Part shown: piece by piece, positions 9,182 through 17,711 of the stretch
Layout: every line of letters begins with the position of its first letter
Position numbering within the stretch: position 1 is the stretch's first letter
Translations under genes and position numbers: made by a program
Notes under the pieces: model-generated
Told to the model about the DNA's origin: nothing
Databases searched by the model: none
Seen by the model: only the letters and a program-made list of their open reading frames with translations
DNA from: Flavobacteriales bacterium
GTDB taxonomy: Bacteria; Bacteroidota; Bacteroidia; Flavobacteriales_D; Sanyastnellaceae
Length of the DNA: 64,000 nt
Assembly (NCBI GenBank): GCA_947448135.1
Contig: CANFLZ010000002.1
Span: 22,410 to 86,409 of the forward strand
Direction: 5' to 3'

Positions 9182-10072
9182 GTGAAAAGACCAGAATTCT
9201 CCGGCACCCTGATATTGATCTTGCTTGCGCTAGTTTGGGGGAGCTCCTTTATCCTCATGAAAATGGGACTCAAGGGAAGTGACGGAACTTCCGTCATGTC
9301 TCCTTACCAAGTGGCTTGTCTGCGAATGATACTGGCCGCAGTTGCTCTGTCCCCGATTACCTATCAAGCGATTCGAAAAATTAAAAAAGAGGATTGGAAA
9401 TATTTGGCTGTCGTTGGATTTTGCGGTAGTGGGATTCCCGCTTTTTTGTTTGCTATTTCGCAGCAACATTTGGACAGTGGTCTAGCCGGAATTCTCAACA
9501 CCATCACGCCATTGTTCACATTATTGTTAGCGGTGATATTTTTCAATAAGAAAAGCCATCGACAGCAAATTATTGGGATGATCATTGGTTTTATTGGCGC
9601 AGCAGGAATCATTGCGGTAAAAGGAAGTTCTATGGCCAACTATGAATACGCCTTTCTGATTTTAATAGCAACCGTGCTATACGGAATTAGCGTGAACACA
9701 GTGGGTCACCATTTGCAACACATGAAAGCTCCATGGATAACAGCGGTGAGTATTACCCTCGTGAGTATCCCTTGCTTGTTGATTTTTATGACCACCGACA
9801 TTCATCAAATTACCAAACATCCAGAAGGGATGAGAAGCTTGACCGCCATTGCAGTATTGGCGATTTTTGGAACTGGATTGGCCAACATTCTATTTTTCCG
9901 ATTAACCCAAACTGCAGGAGCCATCATGGCTTCTACGGTGACGTATTTGATTCCCATCGTTGCTGTCAGTTGGGGACTTTTCTTGGGGGAAAGTTTATCG
10001 CTGGGGCAAATGGGATTCGCAGGGATCATTCTTCTCGGCGTATACCTGGGGAATCAAGGCAAGAAAAGTTAG
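9182..10072 (+). CDS. DMT-superfamily (EamA-like) transporter
   Basis: 296 aa with about 10 TM helices in two EamA-like halves. GTG start. Confidence 0.8.
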   Translation: MKRPEFSGTLILILLALVWGSSFILMKMGLKGSDGTSVMSPYQVACLRMILAAVALSPITYQAIRKIKKEDWKYLAVVGFCGSGIPAFLFAISQQHLDSGLAGILNTITPLFTLLLAVIFFNKKSHRQQIIGMIIGFIGAAGIIAVKGSSMANYEYAFLILIATVLYGISVNTVGHHLQHMKAPWITAVSITLVSIPCLLIFMTTDIHQITKHPEGMRSLTAIAVLAIFGTGLANILFFRLTQTAGAIMASTVTYLIPIVAVSWGLFLGESLSLGQMGFAGIILLGVYLGNQGKKS

Positions 10073-11460
10073 TTGTAAGGCAAATACATCAATTGAATTT
10101 TCTGCGCTTTTGATTCAATCCATTTGCGTTGATAGTCGATGGTTTTGTTTTCACTTTCCAACCAGCTATTCTCACGTTGATTGACCATAAAGACATTGCC
10201 TTCTCCACTCAAAAACCGCATTTGTTCTGCCTGCCACAATTGTCGATAGACTTTGGCATTTTTCTCTGCTGAACGCATTTGGTTATTCATGACAACTATC
10301 TGTTGATCCATAGCGGTGGCCTTTTGCGCGATAGAATTCATTTTCCATTCCCGATCGTTATTGGACTCCTCAATCTTTAATCGCTGCAATTGCAAATCGC
10401 CACGAGCATCGCGCAAAAAAACAGGAAATGCAAAGTCGATTCCCCATCGGTAATTGCTCATGGCAAATTGATTTTGATTTTGCGGATCAATGCCTTGCTT
10501 GAGGAAATTGTATTGAACGTTCAATTTTGGTTTGAGCTTTTCTCTTTTCCATTTCTCTTCCCACTCCAACATTTTTATTTTACTCGAATACCACTCAATC
10601 TCTGGATGGTTGTTCAAACTCTCAATAGTTACCAGGGTCTGTCCCGAATATTGTAATTGCTCGAGCTCACTGAAATCAGGTTGGATATTCAACGCCAATA
10701 TATTTTTCTTTCCGTCTTTTTCATCGGCAAAAGCCACCAAAGCCAATCGAGATTTGATAACGGCCACTTGCGCGTCTTGCCAATTCATCCAACGGCTCTG
10801 GTATTGCGCATGCGCTTCCAAAGTATCCATGGCAGAACGATCGCCCATCTCAAAGCGTGTTCGAATGGCTTTTAAACGATCTTGAGCAACCGTCAGCAGT
10901 TCATTCGAGACGGACTGCCTTCTCTCTGCCGTCCACCAATCCAAATACAATATTGTACTCTGAAACAACAGTTCATTGATCGCCATTTTCTTTTCCAACA
11001 CAGACATAGACTGCAACAACTCCGCTCTTCTCAAAGACAATCTTGTTTCATCGATGATCAATCCTTGAAGAATCGGCAAAGCGATTCCCATCGTCACCAA
11101 ACCATCTTTTCCTGTATAATTTTCTGGGTTCAGGTATGACCCATTGTTGACATCCACCTGACCAATAAACTGAACAGCAAATGGCGTTTGCAGCGCGATG
11201 GAAGTTTGAGACTGGTTGTAGTACTTGGTGTCATTCATGGCCTTTTGTTTCCACTTGGACACCAATACAGGATCTAAAATACCTTTGGTTTGATCGTAAA
11301 CCGCTTCACCCTTTTGCGAGATAATTTCTGCGTTTTTCGCGATGGGGTGCTCCTGAAGAACCCAATACAAATACTCCTTGTAAGACAGGGTTTGCGCAAC
11401 AGCATTTTCAGTCCAAAAACAAAGAAATAAAACCGATATCTTCCACCCTATTGCTTTCAT
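10069..11460 (-). CDS. TolC-family outer membrane efflux protein
   Basis: 463 aa with a signal peptide (..ENAVAQ) and the two-repeat helical/beta architecture of outer membrane factors. It overlaps the upstream HlyD-fusion gene by 4 nt. Confidence 0.8.
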   Translation of the reverse strand: MKAIGWKISVLFLCFWTENAVAQTLSYKEYLYWVLQEHPIAKNAEIISQKGEAVYDQTKGILDPVLVSKWKQKAMNDTKYYNQSQTSIALQTPFAVQFIGQVDVNNGSYLNPENYTGKDGLVTMGIALPILQGLIIDETRLSLRRAELLQSMSVLEKKMAINELLFQSTILYLDWWTAERRQSVSNELLTVAQDRLKAIRTRFEMGDRSAMDTLEAHAQYQSRWMNWQDAQVAVIKSRLALVAFADEKDGKKNILALNIQPDFSELEQLQYSGQTLVTIESLNNHPEIEWYSSKIKMLEWEEKWKREKLKPKLNVQYNFLKQGIDPQNQNQFAMSNYRWGIDFAFPVFLRDARGDLQLQRLKIEESNNDREWKMNSIAQKATAMDQQIVVMNNQMRSAEKNAKVYRQLWQAEQMRFLSGEGNVFMVNQRENSWLESENKTIDYQRKWIESKAQKIQLMYLPYN

Positions 11461-13685
11461 TTTTTGTTGTCTTTTGATTCCATATTGGGAACTTGTTTTC
11501 CTGCATAAAAATCAGGAGGGAAAGCATTTAAAACTCGCCACAACTCGTATCCCAAAGGCACATCGTTGAGCAAGAAGTAAGATTTCACCCCACCACCCAA
11601 ACGCAATTGGGAGGGCCATTGCGCCTCGTCTAAAGGTTGGATCCACACCTTTAATTTTCCATCCTCTTGCAAGGCAGGATTGATTGCCAGCACCTTTCCT
11701 TCGAACAAACCTGTAGACATTTGACTCCAACCACTGATCACAAATGCAGGCCAACCATCAAAAATGAGCCTTACTTTTTCTCCTTCATGAATCAAAGGAG
11801 CATGAATGGGATCGATGCTTACCTCAACGGCGTGCTCAAATTTCTGGGGAGAAATTCTCACGACTTCTTCACCCTCTTTGATGGTTTCACCAATTCCTGA
11901 TTTTGCCATTTTGACGACAAATCCATCTTGTGGAGCCGTGATGTAATAGTAGCCAGTGCGGCGATCATAATTGTTGAATTGATTCTGCAACTTGGTCACT
12001 TGCGCTTCTGCGTCATACATCGAAGAAAACGTAGAATACTTTTCACTTTCCGCCTTAGAAATTTTATCTCGATATTCTGCCTCAACACCCTTGAAATCGC
12101 GGAAGACATTCATCAATTCATTTTTATCAATCATGAATTTGTTCTTGGCATCATTTAATTTGGCTTGAGCCGATTGAACGCTCATTTGGCGACCCTCCCA
12201 CTCCGTTTTCGAAATCAAACCCTGCTTGTACATTTGGTCAAATCGGGCCAACTGCTCATTGGCCAAACGCAAATTATTCTCTGCCAAATAGCATTCAACG
12301 CTATCGGTTTTTATTTTGACTTTGGTCTGTTCTATTTTCGTGAGCGTTTGTTGCAATTTGATGTCCTTCGCATTGAGCAAGGCATCTACTTGCGCATCCA
12401 ATGCTCTCACCTTCTCCATGTAGTTCGTCACAGCGCCCTCTTTGGATTTGATTTGATTTTCGGTATTGGATAACAAATTGGGGTCAAAATAATCGTCCTT
12501 GATTTCCGAAATAAACAAGAGCGTATCACCCTTCTTCACCAAGGCGCCTTCTTGCACGTACCATTTTTCTATTTTACCGGCAATGACAGACTGAACACCT
12601 TGCGGCCGTTGATCGGGCGACAAGGAAATTACTTTACCATCGGCATCTACATTTTGGGTCCAAGGCAAGCAAAGCACCAAAATCAAAATCGCTATAAAAG
12701 ACAACAATTTGATGGGCTTATCATACTGTTTGGGTTGAGCATCTGCCAGCAATGGGATCCCCTCATAAGATGGTTCGACATTTTGGATCAAGGCAAAACC
12801 CTTTTCAAAAGACACCAAGGTTTCGTAGATGGAAGAAAGTGAGAAGAGCAATTTTTCAATGCTATTCACCACCAGCACAATGACCAATTCTGCAGCGAGA
12901 AATTGGCCCAAAGAGATTTTTTGTTCAATGGCCAAATACACGCCCAAAAGGAGCATGATGGCAATGATGCACATTTTAAAAAACATGAAAGACCGCAATT
13001 GGAACCAGATCAATTCAAAGTAATTTCTTTTGTCCGATACATAGTCATCCGCGATTTTTTGTCCTGCATCGTCATTAGTTGTTGAATGGTTTTTTTGCAA
13101 AAAAGAGTAGAAGGCATATTTCTGATTGGACACCTCCATTTTTTGGAGGATGGCCCTTTTACCCTTGTGCCAGATCACCCATGAGAGTCCCACGAGGAGG
13201 ACAAGGCCCAATGCAAAGAAGAAAGGGTGATAGAAAGAGATGAGGACGACACCCATGAGCAATTGGAGGCCGGCCGCGATGATTTCGATCAACCGTTTGC
13301 TATACCCCTTTTGGATATTGGACACCTCGATAAAATATTGGATTTCTTGCGGGTTAGCCGGTGTAGACGAATGTTCTTTGATTTGATTTCGGTAATGAGT
13401 TGCCATGAAGACGAACAGACGTTCTTCCATTTTTTCAGCGATGGCGATGGTTTGCAATTGCCAACGATTGGCGAGGAAAGTAGCGATCAGTACCATTGCG
13501 ATAATGGAGATCGTTCCCCATCTGAATTGCCCACCCGTGATGAAACCCAAGAGACCTTGAATGCCCAATGGAAGCGCCAAGTTGAAGATGCTGACAAGAA
13601 TGGAGAGGAGAATAATTTGTTGAATCGCCTTTAATTCCAGGCGCCAGCCGAGGAACCAGAGGCCGGAGAAATGGGGTTTTGCCAT
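11457..13685 (-). CDS. fusion of an ABC-exporter transmembrane domain (no ATPase) to an HlyD-type membrane fusion protein
   Basis: 742 aa. Residues ~1-310 contain six hydrophobic helices, including a HlyB/bacteriocin-exporter-like TM1 (LLSILVSIFNLALPLGIQGLL). No Walker A or LSGGQ motif occurs anywhere in the protein. Residues ~320-742 contain a TM anchor, a lipoyl-like hairpin (GKIEKWYVQEGALVKKGDTLL), a long coiled coil and a beta-barrel domain, which together make an HlyD-type protein. Confidence 0.7.
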   Translation of the reverse strand: MAKPHFSGLWFLGWRLELKAIQQIILLSILVSIFNLALPLGIQGLLGFITGGQFRWGTISIIAMVLIATFLANRWQLQTIAIAEKMEERLFVFMATHYRNQIKEHSSTPANPQEIQYFIEVSNIQKGYSKRLIEIIAAGLQLLMGVVLISFYHPFFFALGLVLLVGLSWVIWHKGKRAILQKMEVSNQKYAFYSFLQKNHSTTNDDAGQKIADDYVSDKRNYFELIWFQLRSFMFFKMCIIAIMLLLGVYLAIEQKISLGQFLAAELVIVLVVNSIEKLLFSLSSIYETLVSFEKGFALIQNVEPSYEGIPLLADAQPKQYDKPIKLLSFIAILILVLCLPWTQNVDADGKVISLSPDQRPQGVQSVIAGKIEKWYVQEGALVKKGDTLLFISEIKDDYFDPNLLSNTENQIKSKEGAVTNYMEKVRALDAQVDALLNAKDIKLQQTLTKIEQTKVKIKTDSVECYLAENNLRLANEQLARFDQMYKQGLISKTEWEGRQMSVQSAQAKLNDAKNKFMIDKNELMNVFRDFKGVEAEYRDKISKAESEKYSTFSSMYDAEAQVTKLQNQFNNYDRRTGYYYITAPQDGFVVKMAKSGIGETIKEGEEVVRISPQKFEHAVEVSIDPIHAPLIHEGEKVRLIFDGWPAFVISGWSQMSTGLFEGKVLAINPALQEDGKLKVWIQPLDEAQWPSQLRLGGGVKSYFLLNDVPLGYELWRVLNAFPPDFYAGKQVPNMESKDNKK

Positions 13686-13707
13686 ATAGTGATGTAGGTC
13701 AGTTTTT

Positions 13708-13715
13708 CAAAATTA
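13708..13715 (-). promoter_or_regulatory. candidate -7 box (TAATTTTG) for the HlyD-fusion/TolC operon
   Basis: The minus strand reads TAATTTTG 22 nt upstream of ATG 13685. Confidence 0.3.
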
Positions 13716-13760
13716 ACCCCAAAAGAACATATACACCGCAATTGAATTTTAAGAAATGCA

Positions 13761-13786
13761 AAAACCCCCAATCTCGGGGGTTTTTT
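13761..13786 (-). terminator. intrinsic terminator (A-run / CCCCC-loop-GGGGG / T-run)
   Basis: The sequence aaaaCCCCCaatctcGGGGGtttttt has a 5-bp G:C stem (13765-13769 paired with 13776-13780), a 6-nt loop and U-tracts on both strands. It lies 54 nt downstream of the FISUMP gene stop. Confidence 0.6.
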
Positions 13787-13839
13787 GTGGTCTGAAATGA
13801 ATCTCGTTATTTCTCGATGAGGAAAGTCAATCAATCCAT

Positions 13840-14532
13840 TCAATTTCGGATACATCTCACCGAGAAGCCTGAATTATTATCGTACAATGCTCTATACAAT
13901 GCATTGTCGTCATATTGAATATATCTCGCATAGGATACACCTTCAAAAAAATCTGAACCTGTCCACCAAAATCCTACAATCCCGTCTAAACCATGCATAC
14001 CCATCATGATATATCCAGCGGGCAAGGCATCAAAGTGACTATCGCGCACAACTTTTTGTGCGTTGTCTTGCCAACTGGTAGATTTTAATTTCCCACCGGT
14101 ATTTCTTCCCGCATTTAACAGATACTCGAGAACATCCCAATCAAAATCAGTAGGTACATGCCAACCAGTTGGACAAATATTTCTGGAGTCATTCACCGCA
14201 TACCAATTGTACAAATATCCATACCCATTATTTTTCTCCACTCGATTGTACAATGCTGTATAAATAGGATCTTTAGAAGAAACCCAATCCATAGAATCAA
14301 CTTCCAGCCTGATTGGATCACCATTTGAATAATGAGTTGACACAAGATTAGAGCGCATCCATTCTTGATGTCCAATTACAACTGTCTTGTAATGATTACC
14401 ATCGAAATCGGTAACTTCCTCACCGGAAATTTGTGATTGAATTAAATTACAACTAAAAGACAAAATGACAAAAAGTAAAAAATCAAATCGTTTCTTCTTT
14501 TTGGCAAAATATTTTTTAATCATGGATGACAT
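13840..14532 (-). CDS. FISUMP-domain lipoprotein
   Basis: I take the start at ATG 14532 (14523 is also possible). The lipoprotein signal is FVILSFSC. The motifs YGYLYNWYAV, CPTGWHVPT, FDALPAGY and GFSVRCI are those of the Fibrobacter succinogenes major paralogous domain. Confidence 0.75.
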   Translation of the reverse strand: MSSMIKKYFAKKKKRFDFLLFVILSFSCNLIQSQISGEEVTDFDGNHYKTVVIGHQEWMRSNLVSTHYSNGDPIRLEVDSMDWVSSKDPIYTALYNRVEKNNGYGYLYNWYAVNDSRNICPTGWHVPTDFDWDVLEYLLNAGRNTGGKLKSTSWQDNAQKVVRDSHFDALPAGYIMMGMHGLDGIVGFWWTGSDFFEGVSYARYIQYDDNALYRALYDNNSGFSVRCIRN

Positions 14533-14660
14533 CGGTTGATTCAATTTATTGGCTCCTCCAAATACTTCTTGGCATGCCAATCAGGCAAATAACCTTCCGC
14601 GAAATATAAGCCTTTGACATTTATTTTTGAGATTGACTTCAGAAGAATGTCGAACTCTTT

Positions 14661-15227
14661 TCATTTGAAAACAATCAAATTGTTGGTATTGTCAATTTCA
14701 ATGTTTCCAAATCTTTCCAAGACTGTTTGTCCAAGAAGCAATGGGGCATTTACATTATTAACGATAGTCGCCTTTACATTCTCCAACTCCAAATTTCCTA
14801 TTTTAACCGATCTTAGATTAATCGTTGTACCCTCAGAAATTCTGCCAGTGGCATCTTGAAAATATTCTACGTCCAAAATATCTTCCTTTCGCAATTTGCC
14901 TTGCCGATACAAGACAGTAGCCTCAGCAGGAGAAATGCAAATATTGCTTGCGCCAGTATCAAAAATAAAACGCAATTTTATGCCATTAATTTCGACCCAA
15001 ACGTAACGCACCCCATCATCAACCTCCATTTCTAATACATTTCCCGTTCGTTCTAAATCGGCTTCTTCTGCATTAGTATTTCCATTACTAAATTTCGAAA
15101 TGTTCACTCCTTCATCGCCTTGATTTCTCTCGTAAACTTTACTCTCTGGATGATCACATCCTAGTATTGCAAGCACACTGATTAATATTAAGATGAAATA
15201 ACGCATTAGCCTATTTATGAGTTCCAT
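14661..15227 (-). CDS. exported retropepsin-like (clan AA) aspartic protease, lipoprotein-type signal
   Basis: 188 aa with a signal peptide and lipobox ILGC. An alternative ATG at 15206 gives MRYFILIL. I translated the catalytic FIFDTGAS motif directly (D-T-G-A-S is nt 14946..14960). Confidence 0.75.
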   Translation of the reverse strand: MELINRLMRYFILILISVLAILGCDHPESKVYERNQGDEGVNISKFSNGNTNAEEADLERTGNVLEMEVDDGVRYVWVEINGIKLRFIFDTGASNICISPAEATVLYRQGKLRKEDILDVEYFQDATGRISEGTTINLRSVKIGNLELENVKATIVNNVNAPLLLGQTVLERFGNIEIDNTNNLIVFK

Positions 15228-16761
15228 CTTTATAAATTGGAATATGTTTTATTCTATCTCTGACAAAATAATAATCTCCGTTAATGCAAAAAAAACAATT
15301 CTTATTCTTTTTATATAACTCACGCTTGTATTCCTCACTTTGATTGCGGTATTTGAGCGCAATGTCCGATCCATGTGATAGGAAAATTAGTTCCACTACA
15401 GAATCTATCTTTGAATCTTGTTTGAATTTTTTTTCAAGTAGTTTTACCTCACTTTCCTTTAATTCAGCATTAGGTTTAGGGTTTAAAGACCTTTCAACTT
15501 CGCGACTTACTTCAGGAGATAATGCTTGTGCTTCCAAACTATTCTCTGTATTATCGTCTTTAATTAATAAATGACCCCCAAAACCTAAAATTGCTCCGAT
15601 AAAAAAAACAAGTGCCAATTTCAAGCGTTTTAATTCCTGTTGATCTTTGGTATTGCTTGAACGTCTTGAATCATTTTTAGATTTTGGATAATCCTCAACA
15701 ATATCAATTTGACTAGAAGTCTTAATTGACGTATTCACCTTTGGCTTTTTGATCCCTTTAACTGGAGAAAATGGACGGATTTGCTCCAAACTTTGAACAA
15801 AGTCCCTTTCATTTTCGTTGTATAAACCTTTTACATACTCGAATTTAGCCCCAGACTCCAATTTTTTTGAGAGTTGTCGGATTTTATCAGCAAATGTGGA
15901 ATAATTTTTCTTTATCAAATCCACATCTCTTTTTGACTCTTCTAGTCGAAGAGCATTTTCCTTGTGATTCTTTTCACTCAATTCGATTTGTGAATTAAAA
16001 TCACTCAAGGCTTTTGATTTATCTTCTTCTAAATTTTTCAGCTTTTTTTCTAACTCATTTAATTTCTGTTCAATTTTCCTTTTTTTCTCATCTTGCACTT
16101 TAATCAATTCTTCCTTAAAGCGATCTGTATCGACCACTTTAAAAATATTCTTTCGTTTTGCAAAGTTTGCAAGTTCTCGGTTATCCGTAAAATAAATAAT
16201 TCTATACACACCCATTAACTTATAGGCATCCTTGAATGTTTTTGTTAAATCACTCTTTTTGGTATGTGATAATACCAATAAAGTTCTACCATTTTCATGT
16301 GAAAAATTCAAATCCTCTAAATCCCGAAAATTAAATTGAGTCGTATTTAATTCTTCAGGGATAGTAAAAACTAGTTCGTCTGAATGATTGACTTTTATTA
16401 CATCATTAAAAACGTTGCTATTGTATACACTTTCATGAAACTTGTTGAGAATATCTATTGTTACCTCTTCATCCGCCAATTTATCCACATACAAAACACT
16501 AGTGCCTATAAATGTCCCGTTCCTTCCAGAATTCCTTTCTTTTGCAAATGAATACTTTGAATAAGCAACTACCTTTTTACCATTAATGACTTCGCCTCTA
16601 ATTGCAAATAAAGAAGAATTAGGAAACAGCATCATCGCGTTTGTATTGATGTCAAAAGTGCTAATTCCACACAGAATATTATTACTTCCCAATACAACGG
16701 ATTGACGGAAACCATGAGGGTTTCCGAAAGTTCCAAAAGCAATTAAATTAATTTCGCTCAT
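15211..16761 (-). CDS. bitopic coiled-coil membrane protein, family unknown
   Basis: 516 aa. It has a mixed beta/alpha N-domain (~1-210) and a K/E-rich heptad region (KEELIKVQDEKKRKIEQKLNELEKKLKNLEEDK...). A single TM helix (LALVFFIGAILGFGGHLLI) is followed by a ~125-aa C-terminal domain. The ATG overlaps the upstream GTPase stop as ATGA (16758..16761). Confidence 0.7.
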   Translation of the reverse strand: MSEINLIAFGTFGNPHGFRQSVVLGSNNILCGISTFDINTNAMMLFPNSSLFAIRGEVINGKKVVAYSKYSFAKERNSGRNGTFIGTSVLYVDKLADEEVTIDILNKFHESVYNSNVFNDVIKVNHSDELVFTIPEELNTTQFNFRDLEDLNFSHENGRTLLVLSHTKKSDLTKTFKDAYKLMGVYRIIYFTDNRELANFAKRKNIFKVVDTDRFKEELIKVQDEKKRKIEQKLNELEKKLKNLEEDKSKALSDFNSQIELSEKNHKENALRLEESKRDVDLIKKNYSTFADKIRQLSKKLESGAKFEYVKGLYNENERDFVQSLEQIRPFSPVKGIKKPKVNTSIKTSSQIDIVEDYPKSKNDSRRSSNTKDQQELKRLKLALVFFIGAILGFGGHLLIKDDNTENSLEAQALSPEVSREVERSLNPKPNAELKESEVKLLEKKFKQDSKIDSVVELIFLSHGSDIALKYRNQSEEYKRELYKKNKNCFFCINGDYYFVRDRIKHIPIYKDGTHK

Positions 16762-17693
16762 GTGCCAAAACTAAATTTGATGCGTTCCCAAAATGTTCCT
16801 TCGTAATCCAAAGGATAATTCGTAATGCTTTTATACAACCATTTTGATAAAATTTCTGCTGTCGATAAATTGAGCATGGTTATTCTTTCATTGCCTTTTG
16901 TTCCCTGTATTGACCCAATTGTATAATAAGTTTTCGCATAACCATATGTATTTAAACGTTGACTCGTTCTGCTTAATCTATCATTTATAAAGCTCTCCAA
17001 TTCTTCTTCATTTGACACAAAAGAATTTCCAGATTTGTCCCATTTCGACACAACTAATATGACATTAACTGATTTAACATTCCTATTCTTCCGAACTAAT
17101 TCATCAAAAAACTCATTTATAATTGTATCCTCTTTATGTGCTGATTCAAAACTCGTCACAATTATAAAAGTCAACGGTATTTCAGCGTTTAAATAAGCAT
17201 CAATACTAGAATGGTAACTCCCTCCTCTTCTTATTTCGTTGTGATTTTCTCCTGACGTTTCTAAAAATGTCAGATTGATCGGCTGCACCTTTTTAGATTT
17301 ATTGTTTGGTTCAAAAACCAAATCCAACCTAGTGACTTGATCTCTAGTTGTTCTATTGGGTAGAATTCCCTGTCTAATATTTTCAAAAAAATCAGATAAT
17401 AAAACCTGGGCTTCCCTTGTGTTCGGGGAATCTAATTTAGGCCGAAGCACACCGGCCCGAGAACTCAGGTAATACAGCATCGAAGATAAAATCACAGATT
17501 TCCCAGATTCTGAAGTTCCGAAGAAGAATACAAAATTGCTGTCTGCATTTTTTATTTTGGAAGAATTTTCCTCTAATGGCACATGGAAATCATCACCATA
17601 ATTTTCTTCATTACCAACATCAGAACCCACAAAATATGTTTCTTTATCGTCTAATGACAGTGGTTTCAATTCATCATCGTCTACCCAACTCAT
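16758..17693 (-). CDS. Ras-like/TRAFAC-type P-loop GTPase-like protein with an acidic N-terminal tail
   Basis: 311 aa. I verified three motifs by hand translation: G1/Walker A GTSESGKS (nt 17496..17519), a G3-like ETSGE (nt 17247..17261) and a G4-like SKWD (nt 17037..17048). The first ~50 residues are D/E-rich. Confidence 0.65.
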   Translation of the reverse strand: MSWVDDDELKPLSLDDKETYFVGSDVGNEENYGDDFHVPLEENSSKIKNADSNFVFFFGTSESGKSVILSSMLYYLSSRAGVLRPKLDSPNTREAQVLLSDFFENIRQGILPNRTTRDQVTRLDLVFEPNNKSKKVQPINLTFLETSGENHNEIRRGGSYHSSIDAYLNAEIPLTFIIVTSFESAHKEDTIINEFFDELVRKNRNVKSVNVILVVSKWDKSGNSFVSNEEELESFINDRLSRTSQRLNTYGYAKTYYTIGSIQGTKGNERITMLNLSTAEILSKWLYKSITNYPLDYEGTFWERIKFSFGT

Positions 17694-17711
17694 TGTATGA
17701 AAATTAAAAAA

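Noticed and set aside
15601-15608. An A8 homopolymer within cassette gene C, and a T8 run at 18230..18237 in gene A, considered as possible phase-variation slippage tracts.
   Set aside because: Runs of 8 are short for efficient slippage. Equivalent runs occur in ordinary genes here (for example A8 at 54551..54558), so they fit the AT-rich background.
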